This document shows, in pieces, positions 10,545 through 24,095 of a DNA stretch of 64,000 nt. How positions within the stretch are numbered: position 1 is the first letter of the stretch; every line of letters starts with the position of its first letter. Position numbers and translations under genes: made by a program. The notes below the pieces were generated by a model, which ran no database searches, was not told the origin of the DNA, and was given only the letters and a program-made list of their open reading frames with translations. Origin of the DNA: Octopus sinensis (taxonomy: Eukaryota); contig NC_043001.1 of the NCBI RefSeq assembly GCF_006345805.1, positions 67,270,001 to 67,334,000 on the forward strand, written 5' to 3'.

Positions 10545-11315
10545 ATGGGAAGAATTCACAAAGAACAAAAGATGAAGACAGGTGGTGTAGACAGCAAACA
10601 GATGTATTAGTTTAACGCTTGGGAAGTGAAAATTTCTTTAACGTTTCAAGCAGAAAGGAACACAGAAAGAAACAAGGAGAGAAAATAAAGAATGTGTAGT
10701 GGCTAGCAATCTATCATGGCAAATGCCAGACAGAGTGGTCACACAGGAGAGCTAGGAAGATGGGGAGATAATAAAGTAGTAGTGATCCCAAAATAAAGGT
10801 GTGCGCATGTGTGTATAATAGAGCATGTATGTGCATGTGGAAGAGGGCTGGCGACCTTGATGTGTGTGTGGATGATGGTGTGGGACTGGGAAGTGGTCAG
10901 AGCTAGTGTGTGCGTTGTATGGTGGTGTATAGTGTGGAGGTGTTGGGATGTGGGGGAGGTGAAAGTGAGGAAAGCAAGGGTGGGGTGTGGGTTAGGCTGA
11001 GGGTTGAGATAGAGGTCGGGTATATGGGAGTGGTTGTAAGGGATGGGATGAGATGGATAGGGAAGGTGGGGGCTGGATTATGAGGGAGAGGTGACGATGA
11101 AGGGAGAGGGGAATGGAGAAGGTGGGTAGGAATGAAGAGAAGAAGTAGGAGTCAAAGCAAGAGAGGAGAAGTGGTTGGGAGGAAGTAGGTGCAAGAGGGA
11201 GAGAGAAGAGGTGAGGAGAGTTGAGTCCATGTGGCACAAAAGAGCAAAGAGAGAAGATTAATCCCTGTTCACAGCGAAAATGGGAGTCCGGATGGCCTCT
11301 GTGCAATATATACAT
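10545..11315 (-). mobile_element. Penelope-like element 3' end (GIY-YIG C-terminus plus long UTR)
   Basis: ORF 10992-11453 contains HFRCEQGLIFSLCSFVPHGLN (11220-11270), matching the E..LIF.L....P.GLN terminus of PLE endonucleases. Confidence 0.7.
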
Positions 11316-11409
11316 ATATGCATATATAAGTATACATACACATAAAAATACACACACGTATTTATACATATATACATATGTATGCATATATATATATATA
11401 CACACACAT

Positions 11410-11450
<41 letters not shown>

Positions 11451-11559
11451 CACCTACATATAAAAACATGAACACAAGTGCATAAACATACCCACACAAG
11501 CACACATACATACATGCACACATAGAGAATACATACATACATATAACCTAAGAGTGTGA

Positions 11560-12935
11560 TAAGAACTAATAAGAAAATGAAAAAGAAATAAGACTAAGAA
11601 ATTTAGACATATGCTTACAAGTGGAAGCTCTTTCATCTCTTGAATTTAAGATAGAACCATTCATTTTCATAATTATATAAGACTCTTCAAGGCATAAAGG
11701 GCACATTTTATTTCTAATCCTATAAGAGGGGGCAGAAGAAACAATATTCCAAGAAATTGAGAAATTTATGTTATCTCATTTAAGTTGCCTTACCTTTTTG
11801 GATAAACTAGTACTACATTCTTTCCAAGGATCATTAAAAGATGATTTATTATTATTCGAATATAATTTAAGAGGGGTCTGTGTGCAATCTATATAATGAA
11901 ACCTAGACAAATCATGTGTTGTAATAGTAGCTTTATATACAACATTTTTATTGTACAACTACCTCACAGGTGTTACAATTGTTACTAATATTAGATGTAC
12001 TATTGTTATGTGTATGTGTTGATTGAGGAAGAGTTTGTGTGAGTATGGGAATCATTGGTAGAAGATACAGAGCTATTTGAATAATTGGGGTTAGTATAAG
12101 TAGTGAAAGAGGTTAAATTCTTGTAGTAAAGATTTAGTTTTCTATTGTTAAAGGAAGAAATAATCCTAAATAAGCTAGGAGAAGCAGAAAAGCCAAATCT
12201 AATCATTCTGTTATTGAATATCCCAGCATACCTAGATTTACTAAAATTTGATTTAATAATAGAATGAATTGACTTTATAAAATTAGATGTTTACCAAAAG
12301 GAAATATAATTCAAATTATGTTATTATTGTTTCTTATTGATATGGTGGTTTTTATTAGATGGGTCACCCATTCAAATAAAAGATAAAGGTTTCTTTTTAC
12401 CTCTTGTATTAACACCACCACTAACATTGCTATTCTTATTATTATTATTAATATTATTATTCTTATTACTACCACCGTTGTTATTATTATTATTATTAAG
12501 AAAACATTGGACATCATTCAAGTTGGTTATGTAGTTGTGCGGGGAATTAAGAGTATGCGAAGAAATAAGAGAAGATTGTTTTGTGAAAAGACTTTGTTTC
12601 GTGTTGCTATTTTCCGGCTATGTTAATGTTTTTCTCTGTAATGACTGCCTGTGATATTACAATTGTTTATCTTATTAGAAATATAGGTATTGGTTGAAAT
12701 GTGGTTAGTAAAAGTCTTGTTATTTTGTCCATAGTTGTTAAAATTTTTTTCTTTTTTATGGTGGAGTTTACAAATATATTTCATAGAGTTAAGTTGTGTG
12801 CCACAATGTTCCAATTCATGATGGTGTTTAGAAGTTGTGGTGTGTTTATTGAGATTCATAGCCATATAACTGTTGTTATGATTGGAAAATTCATTACTAA
12901 ATTTGTTGTATTTAATTTGATATTTATAACCAGCA
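11560..12935 (-). pseudogene. decayed Penelope-like element: post-RT linker and GIY-YIG endonuclease
   Basis: AGYKYQIKYN, an Asn-rich linker, then NVVYKATITT...YIDCTQT...STSLSKKVRQLK*DNINFSISWNIVSSAPSY and ILNSRDERASTCKHMSKFL. Contains stops and frameshifts. Confidence 0.85.
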
Positions 12936-13269
12936 TATATATATATATATACATAAACACACGAGCAAAGACATATATGCATATTGATTGCTTACACTGA
13001 TTTTGGTGTTGTTGCTGCTGATGATATTGTTTACAACATTAACAATAATGATGATGAACGCATTAAAACAAGGGGAACAAAAATTCTTCTTGTTTTCTAA
13101 ATTATTTTATGATCTACCCACAGCTCTACCCGCCCCTTATTCCTCCTACCTTACCCATTTTCGAACTTCCTTTCAGTTTTGTGTCTAGTTGGTTTGAGTC
13201 TGAATAGTTCTCCTATTGACCTATTTTTACTTAAGGAGCAAACACCAAAGAGAGGAGGGGGTACGAAAG

Positions 13270-13330
13270 AGGAGGGAGAGAAAGAGAGAGAAAAAGAGAG
13301 AGAGAGAGAAAGACAGAGAGAAAGAGAGAG

Positions 13331-13361
<31 letters not shown>

Positions 13362-13363
13362 AA

Positions 13364-13396
<33 letters not shown>

Positions 13397-13400
13397 AGAA
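13270..13400. repeat. (GA)n-rich microsatellite
   Basis: Direct reading. Confidence 0.95.
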
Positions 13401-13646
13401 ATGTAAAACATCTTTGAAAGAATTTTATCTCAAAGGAAATTAAACTATTTAACTTCCTCTCCTCCCCACCCTCACTTAAAATTCTGTTCTTGTTTGCCCA
13501 CCACCTTCCACTTTATTTTTCAATGCAGATACAGTAGAAGATAAAACACATGGAATCACAATCTGCTATAGAAGATAGCTCTCACATCCAACACTATTGT
13601 TGCTGCTATTATTATTATTATTATTACTATTTTATTTTTTTTTTAA

Positions 13647-13858
13647 CCAGCAAGTTAGCAGAATTGTTAGCATGCTGGGCAAAATGCTTAGTGATATTTT
13701 GTCTGTCTTTACGTTCTGAGTTCAAATTCCACTGAGGTCAACTTTGCTTCTCATCTTTTCAGGGTCAATAAATTAAGTACCAGTGAAACACTGGGGTTGA
13801 TGAAATCAACTAGTCTTCTCCCCTCAAATTTGAGTCTGTGCCTTCAGTAGAAAGGATT
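13647..13858 (+). mobile_element. SINE family D copy
   Basis: TTCTGAGTTCAAATTCC B-box-like motif followed by GGTCAACTTTGC.T.TCATC.TTTC.GGGTC.ATAAA.TAAGTACCAG. Confidence 0.8.
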
Positions 13859-14324
13859 ATTATTATTGGTAGTAGTACCATCACCACTACCACCACCAAC
13901 AACAGCAGCAGCAGAAGCAGCAGTAGTTCAGCTGCAAGGTTTACAGAATCAGTGGAGTGACAGACAAAATATGTGATACTGAGTTATGCACTCTATTTTC
14001 CTGATTTCAAATATATCAAGTACTAGAGTTGATGTATATACCTCCTCACCCAATACTTGTAATACTCTTCTTACAAGACACAAGGCCTTGTTCCTATGTT
14101 AGATAACATTATGTTCCGTACTCTACCACACACAAACCTTAACTCCAAGACAACTTTCATTTATCCAGAACATAAAACTTTTTAATAGGGTATTTTTTTG
14201 TTTTATCTTTTGGTCTTTGATATTTATATTTTCACCCACAATCACACGCACAAACACACAAATACAACATATAAACCATTCTTACACTAAAAGATATATA
14301 ATGACACATCAAAGCATTCATATA

Positions 14325-14620
14325 CATCATCATTGTTTTAATGTCTACTCTTCCGTGTTTGCATAGGTCAGATGTAATACCACCTTAAGGCATAGGCACA
14401 CTGGGTAACTGCCCAAAGGCCACACAGGTCTAAGAACCCAATTCCAATCTATCGTATTGCTGTCAATAAATATATACTTTAGGGACCAGTACATTGATTT
14501 GACCAGGGGCCTACAATTCTGCCAAGAGGACCCCAGTCAGATGAGATTAAGTTGAGACAGAGTTTTCTATAGTTGGATGCCCTTCCGGTGACCAACCTTC
14601 ACTTGTTTCCAAGTGAGGTA
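14325..14620 (-). mobile_element. family C retroposon copy ((GAT)n tail, RTE-like 3' end)
   Basis: Similar to 31340-31556. Confidence 0.55.
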
Positions 14621-15031
14621 CTAATCACCCAATCAGTCAAACAACAAACAGCCCAGGCATGTTTATGTGGAGAACCTGAAACAACTGACACTGAATGAAT
14701 GAGTCTTTTTAGTTTATAAAAATTGTGCAACTTGCCAAGACCTGTCACAAAACCTAGTTGTGTCCTCATGGTGGACCTTTATCAAACAGCACCATTAGCA
14801 GAGCCATTGTTTACAATAAACAAATGATCATATGTATAAACAAGGGAAACACAAACTTACACACACACACACACACGCACACGTATAGAGCAGGACTTCA
14901 TGGTATGTATGCTCTTTATGGAACTTTACCATCACAAATCTGCATTTGCTTACTTTATAATTGTTGACAATAATTAAAAGGCTTTTCCCAGGTGGTAACT
15001 GTCTTGAATATATGCTTTGTATTTCAGAAAT

Positions 15032-15590
15032 ATGGTCAGTTGTGAGAGAAGAAAATGCAAAAACAACCTTAATGTCTTCTGCTATATATGTGGGTGTTAC
15101 ACTTTAACTAGGCAGTGAAACAAAGTCACAGATTTTGTGAAGAAAGTTTACCTTAAATTGGCATGAAACTAGGTGATCAAGACAAGGTGAGGGCATCCCA
15201 TATAGTGTGTAAAACATGTTGAAACTTTGAGCCAGTGACTGTTTAAAACATTAAAGCAGAAAGGTTCCAGCCTTCTCTTGTAAGAAAATTAAGGTTGGTG
15301 TATTTGATAGGCCATAGATTAGGAGGCTATTGCAGGATGAGCAGTTTTTGGAGACCAGGTCTGGCATTGAAAAAGAAGCATGGAATACTTTTGTTGCAGT
15401 TGTGTCTGATTTCCTGAGAAACAGGAAGTTATCAAATTATGAAGAACTTGTGCAGAGCATGTTAACTGGTTTTCAAGCAACATGCTTATATGAGTGTAAA
15501 ACTATGAGTGTAAAAATGCATTTCCAGCACAGTCATCTGGACTACTTTTCTGAAAATCGTAGTGCAATAAGAGGAAAAAAAAAAAAAAAC
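15032..15590 (+). pseudogene. internally deleted Chapaev3-like (CMC) DNA transposase remnant
   Basis: MVSCERRKCKNNLNVFCYICGCYT...GMKLGDQDKVRASHIVCKTC is joined to KIKVGVFDRP...EAWNTFVAVVSDFLRNRKLSNYEELVQSML...MSVKMHFQHSHLDYFSEN. Superfamily name is from recalled motifs. Confidence 0.7.
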
Positions 15591-16085
15591 TTGACATGAT
15601 AGAAAATTGACTGTAGTTTCAAAATCAGCCTACCTGTCTAGATCAAGTAAAAAAGCTAACACAAAGGAAATTATGTTCAAAATTGTTTCCCCTGTGTCAT
15701 AGTAAAGACCCCAATTTTCTATCAGTTGAACTGCCCCCAGTTCATGGCAAGTTCATACACTGTTGAACATAGAGAGACAATGGGCTTGCTCTCATCTTGC
15801 GCATGTAGGCTGGAGTGAATGGATGGAAGAGAGGCACCTCTCTGCGGGACTCTAGATAGTCATGATGATTAAGTATTGGTTGGGTTTCTTAATCAGAGTG
15901 ATTAAGTATTGACTGCTACCTCATCCACCAAATATTGCTGTTATCAATTTTCTTAATTGTTATTGTTTTATTGTTTACACATGATTATGTAAATCCCCAC
16001 TGTTTTGTATTGCCTCAAATGTTTGTTTTCTGGCCTTTGTAGTCAATAATAGAAGTATTATTATTATCATCATCATTATTACTAT

Positions 16086-16312
16086 TAAGGTGGTGAGTTG
16101 GTAGAACTGTTCACAGAATTGTTAGCACACCAAGCAAAATGCTTAGCAGCAATTTGTTCATTTTTACGTTCTGCATTCAAATTCTGCTGACGCTGACATT
16201 GCCTTTCATGATTTCGGGCTCAATAAAATAGGTACCGGTTGAGTACTAGGGTCGATGTAATCAACTTACCCAGCTCCTCTGAAATTGCTGGACTTGTGCC
16301 AAAACTTGAAAC
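16086..16312 (+). mobile_element. SINE family D copy
   Basis: Full-length match to 53003-53200. Confidence 0.8.
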
Positions 16313-16492
16313 CATTACTACTACTACTACTATTGCAGTTCAAACGTAACCAGGGTCAACTTTACCTTTCATCCATCTAAGGTCAATAAAATAAAGTACC
16401 AGTCAAATACTGAAGTTGATGGTATGACTAACTGCCTCCTCTCAAAACTGCTCATTTAAAATTTGAAATTATTATTATCATTATTTTTTTTA

Positions 16493-16697
16493 TTTTTTAC
16501 TTGTTTCAGTCATTTGACAGCTTCCATGCTGTGGCACTGCCCTAAAGAGCCTTAGTTGAAGAAATTTACCCCAGCATTTATTCTTTATAAGCTTAGAACT
16601 TATTCTATTGGTCTCTTTTGTCGAACTGGTAAATCACAGGGACATAAACATACCAGCATTGGTTGTCAAGTGATGGCAGTATGACAAACAGACACAC

Positions 16698-16746
<49 letters not shown>

Positions 16747-16903
16747 ATGGGCTTCTTTCATTTTCCATCTACCAATTCCCTTCACAAGGCTTTGGTTGGC
16801 CTGAGGGTATAGTAGAAGACGTTTACCTAAGGTGTCACCCAGTGGGACTGAACCCAGAATGTGGTTGGGAAATGAGCTGCTTACTACATAGCCAGGCCTG
16901 CAC
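16493..16903 (-). mobile_element. SINE family B copy
   Basis: Reverse match to 18681-19080, including the internal microsatellite. Confidence 0.85.
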
Positions 16904-17709
16904 TTATATTATTATTATCATAATAATAAATTGCTTGTTTGTTTGCCCATTATACATTAGTTTGAGAGGTGGAGATGGAGTGAGAGGTGGAATAAGAGTG
17001 AGAGAGAGAGAGAGGTGTGAAGAAAGAAGAGAGAAAGAAGTAGTGACTAATATTAATACACTAAGGTCAAACAGTCATGTGGTCAGTTGAGAGTAGAGGC
17101 AAAGAACAAGAGAAAAATATGAAAAAAAAAGAGGGAGAGAGAAGTGTTAACGATATGTGGTGGGGTGGGGAAGAATATTTATCATGTGGTTAAAATGTTA
17201 GCTGAAAGGAAAGGTAGATAGAGATGGACAGGGAAGGCAATTATATTGAGAGAGAGAAAAAGAGAGGCTGGTAGCAGTGGTGGTGGTGATGATGTTGAAA
17301 AGTATTTTTTTATTGAATTAATTTTTTTTATAACAACCATCACATATGCTTAAGTGCAATTATTTATCATCTGCTCTCTTAAAAAATTGATATTTGTTTA
17401 TAAGGGTTAATTTAGCCTAAACCCTGGATTCACAAGAAACATGGTTGCAAGCTGCTCGAAAAAGGATACGTAGATATCGAGCACGAGCCAGAGAGGAATA
17501 GTGAGAAGATATAATAAAAAGAGGAAAAAGACAACACTGACAGAGATGTGAAGAAATGAATGTCAACAAACACCAAGAACATTTAAAGAAAGCTAAACTA
17601 TGAATGTTATAAAAAAGCAAGTCATCCTTTCCTTCTTAAATAGGTCCCCTTAATTTTTTTCCTTTCCATGGAATTTCTATGGCTCCAACTAGTTATTTTT
17701 ATTATTATT

Positions 17710-17870
17710 TTGCAGAATCATTAGTTCAACAAGCAAAGTGCTTTGCAATATTTTATCTGTCTTTATATTCTGAGCTCAGATGCTGCTGAGGTCAACTTTG
17801 CCTTTCATCCTTTCAGGGTCAATAAAATAAGTACCAGTTAAACACTGGGGTTGATGTAATTGACTCACTG
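17710..17870 (+). mobile_element. SINE family D copy
   Basis: GGTCAACTTTGCCTTTCATCCTTTCAGGGTCAATAAAATAAGTACCAG core. Confidence 0.8.
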
Positions 17871-18424
17871 CTGGCCTGTTTCTATGACTCACTGCTGTAA
17901 CTGTTTCTATGAATTGTGCTAACCCTGTTTTCAACCATTCTAAATTGTTTTCTAATCTCACAAGAAACAATTCCATTCTACTTACATCCTTCCACCATTT
18001 GTATATTTATTTATTTGTTTTTGCTTGATTTGAACATTTTCTAGTCACTGTTAATGCACTACGGAAAAGGCATGTGTGTCGCAGCTTCTATATCTTCCTC
18101 TTCTCATAAAATATAGAAGCATTTTGTGATATCAACCAGACATCATTATGTTGCCTTCAACTCTATTAATAATCAATTTACTTCTATTTATCTCTATTTT
18201 ACAAATGCTGAAATCACAACAATAATGGATGGAAACATCTCTTTGAATCTCAGTTTGTGCTGCATCTCACTTCCTTCATTGCTGTTATTTCTTTTATTTT
18301 TTTAATTACTATCTCTAACCTATTTTAATCGATTTTTTATAACTCTATTATTCTTTCCATTTCATTATATTGCTAACCTATTTTCATTATTATCATTATC
18401 ATCATCATCATCATCATTATATTA

Positions 18425-18640
18425 TTGAGCTGGCAAAATCATTAAAGTATGAGAATAAATGTTTTGCAGCATTTTTTCTGGCTCTTTATGTTCTGAGTTC
18501 AAATCCTGCCAAGGTCAATTTGCCATTCATCCTTTCAGGTTGATAAAATAAAGTACCAGTTAAATACTGGGGATTGATGGTATCAACTAACCCTGTCCCC
18601 TTAAAATTATAGGCTTTGTACCAAAATTTGAAACAATTAT
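18425..18640 (+). mobile_element. SINE family D copy
   Basis: Same core motif. Confidence 0.8.
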
Positions 18641-18680
18641 TATTGCTATATGTTAAGCAAATGTTTGCAAGTGAAGAAAT

Positions 18681-19080
18681 AGGCATAGGAGTGGCTGTGT
18701 GGTAAGTAGCTTGTTTACCAACCACATGGTTCCGGGTTCAGTTCCACTGCATGGCACCTTGGGCAAGTGTCTTCTACTATAGCCTCAGGCTGACCAAAGC
18801 CATGTGAGTGGATTTGGTAGACAGAAACTGAAAGAAGCCTGTCGTATATATGTATATATATGTATGTGCGTGTATGTTTGTGTGTCTGTGTTTGTCCCCC
18901 TAGCATTGCTTGACAACCGATGCTGGTGTGTTTACATCGCTATCACTTAGCGGTTTGGCAAAAGAAACCGATAGAATAAGTACTGGGCTTACAAAGAATA
19001 AGTCCCGGGGTCGAGTTGCTCGACTAAAGGCGGTGCTCCAGCATGGCCGCAGTCAAATGACTGAAACAAATAAAAGAGTA
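18681..19080 (+). mobile_element. SINE family B, well-preserved copy (tRNA-like head, CR1-LINE-like tail)
   Basis: TGGCTGTGTGG A-box-like and GGGTTCAGTTCC B-box-like motifs, CCTTGGGCAAGTGTCTT box, internal microsatellite. The tail matches the LINE 3' end at 24621-24668. Confidence 0.9.
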
Positions 19081-19926
19081 AATGTGCATCTGTATCATAA
19101 CTCCACAAAACTGTAATTTTTACTTCAACTACCTGATGAAATTAAGGCACTTTGTTCCAGTTTTTGTCCCAGAAGTTTTTCATATCTGAAGTTCCTGCCC
19201 TCTCTTCCTTTGCAAAGAGTGGAAGAAATATTTGTTGCTGGAGATTTTTAGCTGCTTCTACAGTGTTGGGAAATAACCATTTGTAATGTTATAAGATGAC
19301 CTACTGAGATGTAGGGGATGAGGTGCTCACTACAGAGGTGGTAGTAGTGTTGCCAATGATGTAAATGGAAGGGCTGCAAATTGTTTACAAGTGAAGAAAT
19401 AAAATTTGGAAACAGATGAAGAGTGAAGAGATTAAGCATACAGAAGAAGACTGCAGCAAGTCTATCATAGATGTGTAAATGTGTATGTGTGTGTGTGTGT
19501 GTAAGTCATCTAAGAGTTCATAAACCAGGAAATTATGTACTCATATATCTGTCAGTAGAGTGGGTATATTAACCAAAGTGTACAGTATTATATATCCATT
19601 ACAGCCAATCTTATCAATCAGTTTTGTGCTTGGGATTCAACAGAGTGTTAGGTAACAGTCTGATTATGTAACCCTGTGCTCATCTGAGGTAGCTGTTGTG
19701 GAATGAAATATGATGACTGCTCTCTTCTCAACAACCACAAACCAGATGCATTTATTTACCTCCAGCAATAGAGAGCAGTCACTGTATTTCATTTCATGAT
19801 GGTTGCCTCTGATGATTGCAGAGTTACATAATCAAACTGTTACCTAACATTCCCTTGAATTCCTAGCACGAAACTGATTGGCAAGATCAGCTATAATGGA
19901 TATATAATACTGTATACTTCAATTAA

Positions 19927-19958
<32 letters not shown>

Positions 19959-22355
19959 GTCTCAGCCAGACTATCAGATGATGTTAAACAACGCTGGTCA
20001 CAATATGCTTTGCATTATGACAGCTTTCAAATTACACCATACCACTGGTTAGGTAGGTATGTCAGCATTTCCACTGGACAGGATATCAGTCCACTGCAGG
20101 CATGGTGCCTTGGGTAAGTATCTACTAGTATGGCCTCAGGTTTACCAAAGTCTTGTGAGTGGATTTGGTTGATATTAACTGAAAGAGGTTCATTGTATGC
20201 ATGTATATGTATGTATAATTGTGTGAATGTGTTCATGTGACTATGTGAGTCTGAAGTAATATCTGTTCAGAAAAAGCCACTATCTCATCAAATATCATTC
20301 AAAGTAAAGTTATTTTATATTGGGTGCAAGTGTAGAAGAATTGTATCAGTTAAGAAATTGAACAACTTTCAGAAAGGATGGAAAAAAAGAAAGAAATTAA
20401 CAGTAAAATAAACAGATGAAAAATGGAAGATATAATATACAGTAATATATAATAGAGTGTGTGTAGGTGTGTATATGTATGTGTGTGTATGTACATATAT
20501 ATATATATTTATATTACATACATATACACACAAAGTATTTGTGTGCACAAGTTTGTGTATGGGCAAGCATATGTGTGTGAGTGAACAAGTACATGTACAT
20601 CTGTGTTCCATGTTTTTGTGAGCGTGTGCGAGAGTATATGAAATTGATATGTGTGTATATATTCTGTTTGTGTGTGTGTAAGAGTGCCTGTATGTCTTTG
20701 TGAGGCTGTCTGATGTGTGTGTTGTAGGGATGTATGTAGACAGACCATTTAATAAATAAATGAAGAGGATGATGAAATGATAGATGTGGTCAACAATAAC
20801 AATGACAAAAACAGTGATGATGATGATAACAACAATGATGATGAGGATGAGGAAGATGATGGTAATGATGATAGTGACAATGATGATCATGAACTTTTAA
20901 TTTTCAGTGTGCAGCACTTTGCTTCAAATAGATGATGATAATGATGGCAAAGAGAAAGATCATCATCAACAACAAGAGTTACATGAAACATTTTCCCTTT
21001 CTGGCCGACAAAATCATCATCTTCCTCATCATTGTTTTGCATCCACTTTTCCCATTCTAGGATGAGTTGCAAAGGACTCTTTGAGGCAGTATTCTGCTGC
21101 TGGACACCCTTTATTTGCCAGCTTTACTTGTATTATTTTTTAAGAATGTGCTTTATAGTACATTAAACATCAAACAGATGTGATACCTTTTGTTCATTGG
21201 AGACACAAACAATGTTACTGTCAAAGTGGTGTCAAAGTCAAGGATACAAACAGCTCCCCCCTACACACTACTTGCTTAGAATATCAGTTTTGTCTACCAG
21301 TTTCATTTACAAGGCTTTGGCCAGCTCAGGGCTAAAATAGAAGGTACTGGCTCAAGATGTCACACATTATGATCAAACAAAAAGCCATGAGATTCTTAAT
21401 CATACAGCCATGCTGGCACTTAGGTTTATACAAACACACACACATGTGCATGCATGTGTGCATACTCACACACAATGAAGTTGTATAAAACATAAAATAT
21501 GTTGAATAAACAAATTTATCCTGACTGTGAAACTAAACCATTGTGTTTAAATAACAGGCCTGATAGCAACTTGGAATGAAAATTGAATTGACTGGTTTCA
21601 TCTCTAATTAAAGACTCATCAGTGAGTGTCTATCTCCCTCTGCTAAACTGCTTAGACCTCTTGTTAAAATTTTAACAAGATGATGACAGACATAATAATA
21701 GGAGAAAGCAGATGGGTATTAATAAGTAAAATACATATATATATATAACCGACCACTGTACCAGGCTATATGATAAATAATGCTGTAGGTTGATGGTCTG
21801 ATTTAATAACTATAAGAGAATATATTATTATCTACTGTTATTCGGTCAGAAACTGAACACTGCTATTGGAATCTTACAGAGTCTCTGATTAATTTTTCTG
21901 CTATATTACATCAATTATTTCATTAAAAACTCAATACCCACCTAATTAAACATAATAAAGCTAAACATGAATCAATAGAGTTTAACACATGAAAATTAAT
22001 AACTAACAAAAATATTTTACAGTAAAACAGTTTTTAAAGAAAAAAATAATGATAATTCTCTAAACAATGAGTGCTTTCAATGAAATATCAGTGACATAAA
22101 GAAGAAAAAATATATCACTATCATTATTATTGTTACTATTCAGTATTACTATTCAGTATTATATGCAGAACTATCTGCATCTGTAAGCTTTGACTATGTG
22201 CAATGTTATGTTTTGTATTTTATACTATATTAACAGCGCTATATGTAATATTTCTATCTAGGACCAAAGAGAATATAAGACAACAGTACCTAGCAGTGTC
22301 TTTTTCTGTATATTGTTTATAAGGTTAGGCATTTTCTACATGTTTTGTCTATTAA

Positions 22356-22575
22356 CCCTTTCATTACTGTATTTACTTTGAGATGCTCTGTGTTTCTTTC
22401 AATTACTTTAAATATAACAAAGAATTTTGTAAAATAACTTACTTATCATTCAGCTAGTGCTAGGAAGATAAATTGTGACAAAGGTTTAATGGAAGATTTT
22501 AATTCAAAACTTATGAAAGTATGACATTTTTACTCAGAGCCAGAGCTGGTTTCAGCCGGGCTGGTAATGAAAAGG
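22356..22575 (+). mobile_element. piggyBac-type MITE
   Basis: TTAA|CCCTTTCATTAC...GTAATGAAAAGG|TTAA; TTAA at 22352-55 and 22576-79. Confidence 0.8.
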
Positions 22576-23440
22576 TTAAACCTGTTATTATGGGGATTAT
22601 TTTTATTTTCATTCCCACATTCTGGTTATCTCTATATTTAGATTTCTTCATTTCTTTGAGAAATGTATAATCGTACAGACTAATATTTCTGCTAGGGCAT
22701 TAACCCTAAAAAAGAAGAGCCTCACACACACTCACCTTCATAGAGATCCTACAGGAGAGCATCCACACAAATTTTCAAACTACTACTAGAAATAACAGCC
22801 AAATGCCCCTCAAATCAAAGGAAGAACACATGACAATGTAATATAATCTACAAAACATTGTTGTTTAGCCCCACTAAGCCATATTATATCTGTTACTTTA
22901 AGTTTAAGTTAGTGTAATGGACTGAAAGAGTTGAATAACTTGCTTAAGTGTTTAATATGTTTAATAGATGACTGACAGGATTAGAACCTATAACCTAAAT
23001 AACGTCAACATCTCTTCATCCAGTCCACTATTATTCAAGGTTAAAGACTGACTTATATACAACTGAATATTAGCTTGCAAATACATTTTGGTAAAATTCC
23101 AACCTCGAGGAGAGAGAAATGTCTTTGAATACAATAGAATGGTACAAAATTCTTCATTTATTTCAAAGAAGACAATGACATGCTGTAATCATTTGGTACA
23201 GTTTTGATGCCAAGATAGCATCTCAAGATATGAATCTGCTCTCAAGGTACCATTTATCTCATGAATACTAACAACAGAGAACTAAAGATTGAAAGGTAGG
23301 GGAGCCATTTTCTTTCACCTCCTATCAAGAAGTAATGTGAAATACGTGTGCATTCGCACATATAAATAGATGTACAGCACACACATATGAAGGTAAAAAG
23401 TCATAAATAAATGTGCATCCTCTAAATGTACATTCGTTTA

Positions 23441-23493
<53 letters not shown>

Positions 23494-23729
23494 TCAGAGA
23501 GAGGGATTATATAAAAAATATATGCTTTCAAAATGACCCATCATATGATGGGTAAATGGATATATACTTTTAACATCAGGAAATATGGCATAAATACAAT
23601 AATTGTAATTTAATTTTATCAAATGTCTTGGTCCTTATAGAAAATGATGAAATGAATACTAATTTGGCGGTGCCCCAGCATGGCCCACAGCTCATAGCTG
23701 AAACTGGAAAATCAAAATAAAAAAAAATC

Positions 23730-23995
23730 AAAATATATTTAATATTATATATTATATAATATATATATATATATATATATTATATTATATATATATTATA
23801 TAAAGATATATATTATATATTAGTAATCTATATATATATTATAAGGATATATTAGATATATATTATATTATATATATAATATATATTATATATTATATAT
23901 ATATATTATATATTATACATATACTATATTATCTATATAGATATAATATTATATTATATAATATAATATATATAATATATATATATATATTATAT
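23730..23995. repeat. degenerate (TA)n array running into the gap
   Basis: Direct reading. Confidence 0.9.
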
Positions 23996-24095
23996 NNNNN
24001 NNNNNNNNNNNNNNNNNNNNNNNNNNNNNNNNNNNNNNNNNNNNNNNNNNNNNNNNNNNNNNNNNNNNNNNNNNNNNNNNNNNNNNNNNNNNNNN
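23996..24095. other. assembly gap (100 N)
   Basis: Run of N. Confidence 1.

Noticed and set aside
17430-17500. CpG-dense basic frame DSQETWLQAARKRIRRYRARAREE*
   Set aside because: Short, bounded by stops, with no compatible splice acceptor or recognisable homology.
19130-19260. Possible minus-strand exon (EAAKNLQQQIFLP...HQ|GTAGTT)
   Set aside because: Weak donor and no protein similarity that I recognise.
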